Shown: positions 19,379 to 28,773 of the stretch, in pieces
How the letters are laid out: each line of letters begins with the position of its first letter
Position numbering within the stretch: position 1 is the first letter of the stretch
Position numbers and translations under genes: made by a program
The notes under the pieces: model-generated
Database searches by the model: none
The model's input: only the letters and a program-made list of their open reading frames with translations
What the model was told of the DNA's origin: nothing
IMG/VR virus record: IMGVR_UViG_3300021338_000003
Coordinates: 124,001 to 188,000 of that record
Reading direction: 5' to 3' (one strand)
DNA: 64,000 nt

Positions 19379-19809
19379 GCACTACTATCCGATGGGTCAA
19401 GCTTTCCGAGGGCGGTGAGGTTCCGCGACATTCTCATGCCGGCGATGCTGGGTACGACCTTGTGGTCTCCCGGGATACAGTCATCCCTCCTCACACTTTC
19501 GTTGATGTCCATACTGATATTGCTGTGATTTGGCCGGATGGTATGTGGGGCCGCATCACTGGCCGTTCGTCGACCCTTCGAAAGAAGGGGCTTCTGGTGT
19601 CCGAGGGCATCATTGACAATGAGTACACCGGGGAGCTTTTCACCGGTGTATATAACCTCGGTGACCAGGAAGTGGTCATCAAGAAGGGCGAGAGGGTGGC
19701 TCAACTCATCCCCCACATGCTTATTGGCCTTGAGTGGACCGAGATCCAAGCAGAAGAGATCCCTGATACGAAACGGGGATCCGGAGGCTTTGGGTCCACC
19801 GGCAAGTAG
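19375..19809 (+). CDS. dut: trimeric dUTPase
   Basis: AGYDL, GRSS, GIIDNEYTGE, ERVAQL, RGSGGFGSTG. Confidence 0.95.
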   Translation: MSTTIRWVKLSEGGEVPRHSHAGDAGYDLVVSRDTVIPPHTFVDVHTDIAVIWPDGMWGRITGRSSTLRKKGLLVSEGIIDNEYTGELFTGVYNLGDQEVVIKKGERVAQLIPHMLIGLEWTEIQAEEIPDTKRGSGGFGSTGK

Positions 19810-19862
19810 AAATTCCGACGCGGCCAGTTTTCCCTTGAATCCGAAGTTCAAGGGAATTGACT

Positions 19863-20138
19863 ATGTCCCGCGTCATCAGCACGACGGCTTACGTCACCGA
19901 TACTGACTCCCTCGTGGGTGAGGAGTACACCATCGGTGAATCCGTCTATCTGAACATCGAAGACCTGAAGGTTACGAACACCGTCGGTGATGGTGTGACG
20001 GATATCGGTGTCATTGGCGAAGTGGTCGAAGCCCCTGTCCTCACGGATGACCCTCTACCACGGATGGTGGTGCGCTTGAGTGTCGCGGCTGAACTTCTTA
20101 GCCCAGTGAAGCGCCTCCTCCAATCCGTAGACCTCTGA
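19863..20138 (+). CDS. hypothetical protein, possibly virion
   Basis: ORF immediately before sheath. Confidence 0.55.
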   Translation: MSRVISTTAYVTDTDSLVGEEYTIGESVYLNIEDLKVTNTVGDGVTDIGVIGEVVEAPVLTDDPLPRMVVRLSVAAELLSPVKRLLQSVDL

Positions 20139-20161
20139 CCTTCTTTTCCTTGGAGTAACCA

Positions 20162-23100
20162 ATGTCTTTTGGCGAAACCAGCGAGTACGTGCGAATTGGC
20201 GCGTACATCGGACAGGTAATTAGCCCTGTCGCCGCCGTCATCTCCGGCTTTCCGCGTCTTCCGGCCATTGTGGCCAAGGGGTCCCGGCTTGCCCGTTACC
20301 GCAACTCGGAAATTGTCCGAGCCAAGGTGGAGGATGAGACTCTCACTTTCACGGGTGCAGGCCCCTACACGGCTCCGCTCAACTATCAGGCGGATGGTAT
20401 CAAGGCCAACACGGTCCTGGTGGCTGATGGTGTGGTCCAGCTCGAAGATCGCTACCTTTTCACCACCACCATTGAGGCCAACGACACCATTACGATTCCG
20501 ACCCAGTACTACGACGCGACGGCTACCTACGTCATCACGTATCAGTCTGTCGATCGGGACGTGTTGGACCCCCTCCCCTTCCAGGATCTTCGCAACATCG
20601 AGCGGATGGGCCGGAGCGTCGATTCCTCGACGTATACCGAGTTCACTGACTTCATCGTCCCGGTGACTGTCGGGTCCGTGACTTCGGACGCCGGTAATGG
20701 CCATCTGACTGGAGAGGCTGCTGGTGCTACTGCCTACGCCACCGAGATCGAGACTGATGGAACCATAGCTGGGTTCGATGCCTTCGCGCGTCTAGCCGGA
20801 CCCACTACCGTCGAAAACGACCTCATCCTGCGCATGACCGCCGACCTGGATGGTTCGGCGGTAACTGTGACCACTGTGGCTGGTGGGACCGAGGGGATTG
20901 TCGAAAACACCTCGACCCGGGTAGTGACCATCACCTATGTGACCGCAACTTCTACTGTGGACACCCTTATCGCGACCATCAACACGGCTGCTTCAGGGCT
21001 CACTTTGGTAGAATCCGCTGGTCGGGTTCCTCCGGGTGGTATCTTTGTGGCTTCCACCTGGTCGACCCCAGCACAAGACCAAACAGTCTATGCCACTCAG
21101 GTCGATCCTGATGTTGGCAACTCCGCCAACCTTGGTGCTGTGGCCCTGTCTCCCAACTCCTCGTACAGCCACCCTTATGACCGTTCATACCAGATTGAGG
21201 TCGTTACCACGGGCGACATCACGACCGCAGAGTTTATTTGGTCGTCTACTCCGATCAGCGGTGGAAACACCTCTACCCACCACAATCCCCACCCGAGCTT
21301 GGTGTCTGACGCCAACTTCCAGAACCTCATAACCGGTCTATCGGCCAACGATGAGGATGTGGTGCTGGAGTATGGTATCCAGGTCCGGTTCAACGACCTG
21401 TCCGACCAATTCACCAGTGGTGATATCTTCACTTTCGTCGCCCGTGGCCCCGGTCTCATAGAGATGGATGGACGCCACTCCAATACGAATCAGTTCGCCG
21501 AGTTCACCACTCCAGTCGAGACGTACGACGCTGGCACCCTGGGTGTTCTGTCCATCTCCTCGGACATCTCGGATTACACTGGGACGTATAACCGGCGCTA
21601 CAAGGTTGTTGTATCTGCCGTTGTGGCCAGCACTTCGGCCGCCCTGCGGTGGACGGCGGTTGGTGACGATGGTATTGCTTCTGGGTCCAATCTCACAGTC
21701 ACCGACGGTGGTACCCTGACCCTCGACGAGGGTGTGACGGTGGATATGGATATCAGCGCTGGTGATATGACCGTCGGTGATACCTTCACCTTCGAGGTCA
21801 ATGCTGCCCGGGTGATCCCGAACATCAAGGATGACCGCACGTATACGGCGGAGGTCTCGACCGCTGTTGCGAACAACGTGGCCTTTGTCTACTTCACCGA
21901 CACCCCCGAGGGTGGTATTGGGTCGTTCACCGCTACGGCTGCCGATTCAGCCATTGAGTTCGATGGTAACCTGACCGCCCACGTTCGGAATATCGCCCTT
22001 CCTCGGTACGATGCCAGCGATGAGTTCACCTGGTCCCTGGCCCTTGATGACGTTGTCGACTGGTCTCTGATTCGTCGAGTGTCCGAGACCATCGAGGCCG
22101 GTGACATCATCCATGATATGCTGGGCCGGGTCACTGGCACCCCGGATACGTACTACGCCATCCTGAACAACGCTCCATCATCTTTGGTGTCGGTGCTGGA
22201 TGGGTCTTCGAACTCCGTGGCCACGACCATTGTGACTTCTGGTAGCGAGAACACCCGGTATATCTCCTTCGGCAGCACCGACCCAGGCGTCGATCTCACG
22301 GTCACGTACGAGTTCCGGGGCCTGGAGCCTGAGCCGGGTGACACGTACCGCCTCACCGCCCTCTATCTCCGGGGTGATGAACTCTACAATACCCCGATCC
22401 TGGTGACGTCTGAGGCCGACGGTCTGGCACTGGTGGAGCCCTTGGGCACTGCCAACCACCTGGGTATGGGCCACTCCATAACTTGGGGCAGCTACGACCC
22501 GGTTGGTGTCTACTACGTTCAGGTCAAGGATGCTGACGACGACGGTGTATACCAGGACTCGGACTACGAGACGGCCATCTCTGGGACGGAGGGTACTACC
22601 GACATCACGGACCTCGTGGTCCTGGATGCTTGGGGTACCATGGGCGCCCAGCTGACCCACTTGGACACTATGGCGGACCCGCTTGTCGGCCAGCCTCGCC
22701 TGGGATGGTTTGGCGCTCCTCGGAACACCGCTGTGGGGGATGTCAACACGACGGGCTCGCTCATTCAGACGGCCCGTGAGACCCTTGCAGTGTACGGGGC
22801 CAGCCCGGCTCATGGTACCCGGATTCTCGTGGCTCCGACTACGTGCAACTTCACCGTGGTGTTCACGGATGGATCCCCCAACGCCGATGTCGACCTGGAT
22901 GGATCCTTCGTCGCCCTGGCCATGTGCATGCAGTACGCCTCCTTCAGCAACCCGAGCCAGACGGCTTTGGAGCGCAACCTCACGGCCTTCAATACGATCG
23001 AGACCTTCTCCGAAGAGGAGATCAAGCAGCTAGGTGCTGCCCAGATCAACTTCCTTGATTTCATCGGTAATGGCATCTATGAGTGGAAGGAAGATGTGAC

Positions 23101-23497
23101 TACGGACGCGACCGGAACGGCGAATGCCCCGGACGAGTTCCGCATTATCTCGGCCATGACCCAGAAGGTGTACATCAATCGTCGACTCCAGGCGGCTATC
23201 AACGCGGCCGTCATCTCCCTGGTTCCCGATTCCCCGGAAGCCGGGCTGGAGGTCCTGCGCAACACGTGCGTCAATGTGATCCGTCAGGATATCGACGACA
23301 AGAACATCGCTGAATATCAGAACGACGACGGATCGGTGCGCCGGATGCTTCCGAACCAGGACATCATCGTCTACCGTGACCGGACTCGGTCCACCGTCTA
23401 TCGTTTCTTCGTGGGTTACTTCCTGAAGTACCCGGTGAAGCGAGTGTTTGGTCTGGCGTTGACCGACAGCAACAACTTCGGGTCCAACATCAGCTGA
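20162..23497 (+). CDS. contractile tail sheath protein with inserted beta-rich domains
   Basis: 1111 aa; N-terminal YVRIGAYI; sheath-like C-terminal core (DGSFVALA, EDVTT, YFLKYPVKR); T/S/D/G-rich inserts. Confidence 0.8.
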   Translation: MSFGETSEYVRIGAYIGQVISPVAAVISGFPRLPAIVAKGSRLARYRNSEIVRAKVEDETLTFTGAGPYTAPLNYQADGIKANTVLVADGVVQLEDRYLFTTTIEANDTITIPTQYYDATATYVITYQSVDRDVLDPLPFQDLRNIERMGRSVDSSTYTEFTDFIVPVTVGSVTSDAGNGHLTGEAAGATAYATEIETDGTIAGFDAFARLAGPTTVENDLILRMTADLDGSAVTVTTVAGGTEGIVENTSTRVVTITYVTATSTVDTLIATINTAASGLTLVESAGRVPPGGIFVASTWSTPAQDQTVYATQVDPDVGNSANLGAVALSPNSSYSHPYDRSYQIEVVTTGDITTAEFIWSSTPISGGNTSTHHNPHPSLVSDANFQNLITGLSANDEDVVLEYGIQVRFNDLSDQFTSGDIFTFVARGPGLIEMDGRHSNTNQFAEFTTPVETYDAGTLGVLSISSDISDYTGTYNRRYKVVVSAVVASTSAALRWTAVGDDGIASGSNLTVTDGGTLTLDEGVTVDMDISAGDMTVGDTFTFEVNAARVIPNIKDDRTYTAEVSTAVANNVAFVYFTDTPEGGIGSFTATAADSAIEFDGNLTAHVRNIALPRYDASDEFTWSLALDDVVDWSLIRRVSETIEAGDIIHDMLGRVTGTPDTYYAILNNAPSSLVSVLDGSSNSVATTIVTSGSENTRYISFGSTDPGVDLTVTYEFRGLEPEPGDTYRLTALYLRGDELYNTPILVTSEADGLALVEPLGTANHLGMGHSITWGSYDPVGVYYVQVKDADDDGVYQDSDYETAISGTEGTTDITDLVVLDAWGTMGAQLTHLDTMADPLVGQPRLGWFGAPRNTAVGDVNTTGSLIQTARETLAVYGASPAHGTRILVAPTTCNFTVVFTDGSPNADVDLDGSFVALAMCMQYASFSNPSQTALERNLTAFNTIETFSEEEIKQLGAAQINFLDFIGNGIYEWKEDVTTDATGTANAPDEFRIISAMTQKVYINRRLQAAINAAVISLVPDSPEAGLEVLRNTCVNVIRQDIDDKNIAEYQNDDGSVRRMLPNQDIIVYRDRTRSTVYRFFVGYFLKYPVKRVFGLALTDSNNFGSNIS

Positions 23498-23520
23498 CCC
23501 GGAATCAGTTCAAGATTGAC

Positions 23521-23553
23521 AGAGGGGCCACCGGATGTTACGGTGGCCCCTCT
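23521..23553 (+). terminator. stem-loop after sheath gene
   Basis: AGAGGGGCCACCG...CGGTGGCCCCTCT perfect inverted repeat. Confidence 0.65.
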
Positions 23554-23571
23554 CAGTATCGGGGCTTTCCT

Positions 23572-24510
23572 GTGAACAAGATCCGCCAGCATGTCATTCG
23601 GGCCGAGTCCAATTGGGTTGCCGTTGACACCCGAAAATGGTTAGGAAATTCTACCCAGTGGAGAGCGGAAGAAGTTGCAAAATTCTTCCGAGAATTTGTT
23701 GGTATTGAGTCTCTTGATGAGGACACCGGAACCTTCATTTTCGTAGTGGACGAAAATGAAGAACGTGACCTCCTTGAAGCCATGGAGGACTACGTACCAG
23801 TTGAATTGTCGGTAAATCCGGACATCGTTGCAAATGTATGTCACGGATGGCAGGAGATAGCAGCCTCGGCGAAAGACATGTTGAAATCCGAGGTTAAGGA
23901 AGCTGCCAAGCAAATCTTGCAACTCGTCAAGACCCTCGCAAAAAGGGAAGAAGTATATGTTGTACGTAGAAACCGACGATTTCTACGTCTCATCATCAAC
24001 TTCCACGACATTCCCGATTTTGGGGAACAGGTCCAGGGGATTCTCGACCGAGTTCGAGGGAAAGACTTGACTATTTCCACGGACATTTTTGTGAAGAACT
24101 TTGATGGTCTGTCTTGGCCCCCCAAGGCTGATACTGTGAGAAGTTTTCTCAAATCCCAAGACATTCAGTTCGACGAGTACACCGATGACCACCCGGATGA
24201 GGGATTTGACACCAGATATCCGTTCTGGAGAATTCCAGTCAGGGACGCTCACAAGTACAAGGACCTCTCCAAAACATGGATAGGCGGTTCTATATACGTC
24301 CAACGGTTCTCGGGTCGATTGGTTGACATTCTCAATGCAGAATTCGGAAGGGAACCCTTCGATTTCGAAGAACACCTAGAGAAGGTCAGAACGCTTTTCG
24401 GACAGCGTTTTGGAATCTTTGAGTTTCGAAATGGGGAAATCCTTGTCAATAAGGACACATACGATTTTGATGCGCTGGTTACTGAACACCTTCGGCGGAT
24501 GAGACAATGA
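23572..24510 (+). CDS. hypothetical protein, paralog A
   Basis: Shares FFREFVGI, ERDLLEAMEDY, NFHDIPD and KYKDLSK blocks with 24507..25652. Confidence 0.7.
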   Translation: MNKIRQHVIRAESNWVAVDTRKWLGNSTQWRAEEVAKFFREFVGIESLDEDTGTFIFVVDENEERDLLEAMEDYVPVELSVNPDIVANVCHGWQEIAASAKDMLKSEVKEAAKQILQLVKTLAKREEVYVVRRNRRFLRLIINFHDIPDFGEQVQGILDRVRGKDLTISTDIFVKNFDGLSWPPKADTVRSFLKSQDIQFDEYTDDHPDEGFDTRYPFWRIPVRDAHKYKDLSKTWIGGSIYVQRFSGRLVDILNAEFGREPFDFEEHLEKVRTLFGQRFGIFEFRNGEILVNKDTYDFDALVTEHLRRMRQ

Positions 24511-25652
24511 ATAAGGTCAAAAAAGCCATTCTCCGAGCCTCCTTGGAGGGTGAAAAGACAGAAGTCCCCCTTGGTCGGTGGAGTTATCACATCGGAAATG
24601 GTGGCACTGCCGAATTCTTTCGGGAGCATGTAGGGATTACCTCTGCAGAACCCGCCCCACATCACGGTGGGACAATCACTGTCGATTCCACGGACGAACG
24701 TGACGCCTTGGAAGCCATGGAAGACTATGCTGTTTTCCGCCTCAGCACGGGAAGGTACGAAAAAGAGTGGAGTCTGACTGACACAGAGCGCAGAAATTAT
24801 CTGAAGGTACCATCAGATTTGTTTCCGGACGAAGTTGAGGAAGTATACATTCGCACTGTAGAATGGGTAGACCATCGTTTGGATAAGTTGGACGCGTTCA
24901 GGGTCACCTGGGGAAGTAGTAAGTGGGTCAAATATGTCAGCGGGAAAACCTGTGACATCGTTGTCAACATCCATGACATTCAAGACCTCATCGGGGAATT
25001 GCAGGGTATCATCAACGAAGTCCGAGGCAAGGATAAGACCCTGACTCTACAAAAGATTAAGAGGGCATTCTCTCTGCACAATGGCCCCTATGACAACAAT
25101 GTTGTCCGGTTCTTTGATACAACAGGCATACAAGCCACAAAATATGACCTCGGATCCGGTCCGAAAGGTACAGTGTGGCGGGTTCCTCCTCGGGACTACA
25201 AAAAGTATCGAGATTTGACGAAGTCTCTAGAGGCCCACTACATTGGAGTTGGTAACACCAATGACCCTCTTGGGGCAGAATTTGACCGGCTGTTCCAAAG
25301 GGTTACTGACCACCCAAGCCGCCAAATGATGATGGTCCATGCTATCATCGGCAAGGGGTGGCCAGGGGTCTGGCTGATGAACCGGGACGAGGTACTAGTC
25401 GACCCCAATATATTCGACTTTGAAGGTCTAGCTGAGGAATACCTCAAGATGGCCGAGGTATACGTGACCCCCGAGATGTTGGAGTTGCAGAACCTGGTCG
25501 AATCACACCCCCAGATGGAGTTTGAGAAGTATCAGGGCAACCGGTTCATTTCGGTCAGGGACGGTGGTATAGAGGTATTTCGCATTATGGTTGGGAACAA
25601 AGCCCGGTTGGTGACGTCCATGCTCGAAGAATTCATGAGGGAATACTTCTAA
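24507..25652 (+). CDS. hypothetical protein, paralog B
   Basis: FFREHVGI, ERDALEAMEDY, NIHDIQD, KYRDLTK. Confidence 0.7.
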   Translation: MNKVKKAILRASLEGEKTEVPLGRWSYHIGNGGTAEFFREHVGITSAEPAPHHGGTITVDSTDERDALEAMEDYAVFRLSTGRYEKEWSLTDTERRNYLKVPSDLFPDEVEEVYIRTVEWVDHRLDKLDAFRVTWGSSKWVKYVSGKTCDIVVNIHDIQDLIGELQGIINEVRGKDKTLTLQKIKRAFSLHNGPYDNNVVRFFDTTGIQATKYDLGSGPKGTVWRVPPRDYKKYRDLTKSLEAHYIGVGNTNDPLGAEFDRLFQRVTDHPSRQMMMVHAIIGKGWPGVWLMNRDEVLVDPNIFDFEGLAEEYLKMAEVYVTPEMLELQNLVESHPQMEFEKYQGNRFISVRDGGIEVFRIMVGNKARLVTSMLEEFMREYF

Positions 25653-25679
25653 ACACAACCTCCAGTATAGGAGGTTGTT

Positions 25680-26237
25680 ATGACTCTGTGGGATGACCCG
25701 AAAGTTGCCCCTCCCTTCGTTGATGGAAAGTTTCCGGAAACATTCGACGAAGCTCTCAAAAGACTCGATGAAGTCAACAGGATGCATTCGGACTTTCAGG
25801 TCCTTGTGGATGAGGTTCTTCTCAGGAGCGGCTTGAAAACCGAGGGGGAATCTGTCATTGACTTCATTGCAAGGATTTTCAGCGACTATGAAGCTCTTTT
25901 GAGCAAGCACCAAAGACTCCAAGACCGTTTGGATCGGGTCATTACAGCGGTCACAGCAGTGGGTGGGCAGTTGGTGCGGGATGCAGTCACCGAGGCACTT
26001 CCTGACCCGGAGTTGGTGGTTCCCAAGAAAGCCGGACTGTATATGGGCACGGTCGATGAAGCGCTGTGTATATGCAAGGTCGCTCCTCGAATCGGCGGAG
26101 AAGAGCTTGTTGTTTTGGGTCTGGTATCTATCGACCCGGATGTACACACGCGCATGGTTACCAACCACATCCCTTTGTCGGATGTGAAATGGTCATACGA
26201 CCCTGAAACCGACCTTCCGATCGTGGCTTGGGGGTAG
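25680..26237 (+). CDS. hypothetical coiled-coil protein
   Basis: GGAGG RBS inside a hairpin. Confidence 0.65.
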   Translation: MTLWDDPKVAPPFVDGKFPETFDEALKRLDEVNRMHSDFQVLVDEVLLRSGLKTEGESVIDFIARIFSDYEALLSKHQRLQDRLDRVITAVTAVGGQLVRDAVTEALPDPELVVPKKAGLYMGTVDEALCICKVAPRIGGEELVVLGLVSIDPDVHTRMVTNHIPLSDVKWSYDPETDLPIVAWG

Positions 26238-26265
26238 CCTGACGATCTCTCTGCGATCCTCCCAC

Positions 26266-26294
26266 TTGCATGCCTTGGCAAGGCATGCTAAAAT
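26266..26294 (+). promoter_or_regulatory. sigma70-type promoter with palindromic spacer
   Basis: TTGCAT-17 nt-TAAAAT; GCATGCCTTG-G-CAAGGCATGC inverted repeat at 26268-26288. Confidence 0.65.
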
Positions 26295-26428
26295 ACAAGT
26301 GGTCGAGGGACTTAGTCAAGGCCACTGTTCTTAATACTCGGTGAAACGGGGGATCCCTCCTCCCGAAGTAACCACCCTCCTTTTGGGGCCTTTTGCCGTG
26401 TGCTGAAGGCCCTTATTGGTATTTGACT

Positions 26429-27298
26429 ATGTTCACCGAATCAGAGCACATCGCCACCTACATTGCCACCTATGGACATATGGTCAATGACCCTCTCTAC
26501 AAGGATGTCATTGTTACCCGACAACATCACGCGTTCCTGGTGGAGAGATGGCGTCTCAACTCTGGGATCAATGGCGGTCACGGGACTGGGTGTAGCAAAG
26601 AGGATTGGAAACGGGCCCACCGGGAGGACCCAACTCTCCGGAAGCATGTCCGGAAGGTCCGGAAGATTCGGAAGATGGCCGACAAGAAGGGAATGGACTC
26701 AATTTCGTTCCTTCGTTGGCGCCAATTCCGATTCATGAGAAAAAAGGCGCTCCAAAGGGTCAAAGATGAATCCGGTCCAGTCAACCTCACATTCAAGGGG
26801 TGTGTCTACTCCTGCGAGTTCCAGGGGTTCGATAGAAATCATCGCTTCGCATTCGAAGTGATTGACGTTGTGGGTATTGACCGCATCCCGACCCACGGCT
26901 ACGGACTGGGATTCTCCGGGGTCCTCCACAAGGGGAGGGAATTGGGGTTTTCTGTGCCCAAGGTTTTCAACTCCCTAGTCCGACGGCCTACCATCATTTG
27001 GCAGACCCTGGAAGAGTCTTTGGACTCCGCAGTGATTGGTGTCCGCCAGCGCATCAAGTCTCACGCAGAGTTCAGCGACCGCACAGCCAACGCCCATCAG
27101 AAGGGTGCCCTCCATTGGCTGATGGCTTTTCAGGACGAGTGGGGTTCTAGTCACGGTGAGGATTTTGAAAAATCCCTCAAGATATATGTCGATGCATTCC
27201 AGTCTGCATTTGAATATCAAGCCCATGTAATGGGTAAAATGGAATGCTCCGACCACAACCATCAGAGCATCCCAAAGGCTCAAAATCAGGAGAGATAG
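26429..27298 (+). CDS. hypothetical basic protein
   Basis: Long ORF; start uncertain. Confidence 0.6.
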   Translation: MFTESEHIATYIATYGHMVNDPLYKDVIVTRQHHAFLVERWRLNSGINGGHGTGCSKEDWKRAHREDPTLRKHVRKVRKIRKMADKKGMDSISFLRWRQFRFMRKKALQRVKDESGPVNLTFKGCVYSCEFQGFDRNHRFAFEVIDVVGIDRIPTHGYGLGFSGVLHKGRELGFSVPKVFNSLVRRPTIIWQTLEESLDSAVIGVRQRIKSHAEFSDRTANAHQKGALHWLMAFQDEWGSSHGEDFEKSLKIYVDAFQSAFEYQAHVMGKMECSDHNHQSIPKAQNQER

Positions 27299-27302
27299 CA
27301 AA

Positions 27303-28052
27303 ATGCCCAAGCTCTACGAAATCGTCGCCATCCGCAAGGGTGTCAAGCAGCGTGCCTACACGGCCCTTACCCAGGTGCACCGTGATTCCGAGCGGGAAGG
27401 GGCCTACAAGGGTCTCCGCCGGGTGTACACCAAGGCTTTCGAGGATGGAATGGACCTTCCTCCTGAAAACCAGAAGGTGTCCCTCAAGGCTACGGATATC
27501 ATCGACCAGACCCGTGACATTCTTACGGAACAGTGGGACATCGAAGCCAGCCAGGAGTATGGCAACCAGTCGGCCCGTGCCGATGTTGTCCTTCCGAACG
27601 GGGATGTTCTACTCAGTGACGTTCCTGTGACATTCCTTCTCCATATGGAGAAGCAGATGTCTGACCTTCGCACCAAGGTATCGGTTCTTCCCACCCTCCC
27701 AACCGACGCGGATTGGAAATGGGCCGAAAACCAAGGATATTGGCAGTCCGAGCCGGTCAAGAGCGCTCGTACCTCCACATATGATGACCATCAGGTGATC
27801 GTCCCTCCTACCGACCACCACCCAGCTCAGGTGGCCGCGGTGAAGAAGAGCCGGCTCGAAGGACACTGGGAGACCACCCACCTCAACGGAAGTCTCAGCG
27901 TCCCCCAGAAGCGGGAGCTGCTTGACCGTATCGATGAGGTTCGGGACGCCATCAAGCAGGCTCGTACCCGAGCCAATGATACGGCGGTGGAGAAGCAGTA
28001 CGTCGCTGCTACCCTCCTCAACCATATTTTCGACCGCTTCGACCGCCGTTAG
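27303..28052 (+). CDS. conserved hypothetical protein (MxKLxxIxAxxKGVK-type family)
   Basis: VPVTFLLHMEKQ...LPTL...W...GxWxTxxLxG pattern; GGAG RBS. Confidence 0.7.
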   Translation: MPKLYEIVAIRKGVKQRAYTALTQVHRDSEREGAYKGLRRVYTKAFEDGMDLPPENQKVSLKATDIIDQTRDILTEQWDIEASQEYGNQSARADVVLPNGDVLLSDVPVTFLLHMEKQMSDLRTKVSVLPTLPTDADWKWAENQGYWQSEPVKSARTSTYDDHQVIVPPTDHHPAQVAAVKKSRLEGHWETTHLNGSLSVPQKRELLDRIDEVRDAIKQARTRANDTAVEKQYVAATLLNHIFDRFDRR

Positions 28053-28061
28053 GAGAATCTG

Positions 28062-28679
28062 ATGCCCCTTCTTCACTATTATATCGACCCTGCCCTCGAA
28101 ATCCGGGGGTTCACCGCACAGTGCATCGAGGCTGACATCGTTAGTCAGGGCTCGACCGAAGAAGGGGCAGTGGCTAGTCTCCAAGCTGCTCTATCCCTCT
28201 ACTTCAGTGAGATGGAGGATGCACAGGACATGGTGCGTTTGGTCAAGACCACCGCTACCGTATGTGCCTTGGAGGACGGCCGCTTTGTGGTCAATCATGG
28301 TGGGGAGTGGGTCAATGGGGCCTTCGAGTCCAAGCGAGCGGCTATGGTTGCCGCCAATGTATATCCGCCTGATGATATCACTGAATTGTGGCACAGGAAA
28401 CTGGATAATATCCGAGAGGCAGTAATCACCGAGCGAGACATCAATGCTCTAGGAACTCGATACTTCGAAACCTTCGAGCCTACCGAAACTCGGTTGTCCA
28501 TTGAGTTTGATTGCGTAGAGCAAGCGAACGCATTCAAGTCTTGGCTCTGCAACTCGGGGGAACAGCAATTCTGGAAGCACTGCGAAATCCACATGGACGA
28601 CCCACTCATCCCGTATCACACGGACTACCACGGTGACCCCAACACCGTATTGTTCTCCGCAGAACCAGTCAAGGAATAG
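28062..28679 (+). CDS. protein with N-terminal HicB-like domain
   Basis: FTAQCIEADIVSQGSTEEGAVASLQAALSLY. Confidence 0.55.
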   Translation: MPLLHYYIDPALEIRGFTAQCIEADIVSQGSTEEGAVASLQAALSLYFSEMEDAQDMVRLVKTTATVCALEDGRFVVNHGGEWVNGAFESKRAAMVAANVYPPDDITELWHRKLDNIREAVITERDINALGTRYFETFEPTETRLSIEFDCVEQANAFKSWLCNSGEQQFWKHCEIHMDDPLIPYHTDYHGDPNTVLFSAEPVKE

Positions 28680-28773
28680 AAGATGGCCCCCATTGTTTGG
28701 TCTCTGCACCCGGCGTCAGAACTCCCCACCATCGGACCAGACGTGTAGGCAGCTCCAACGCAGGAGTTGTTTC

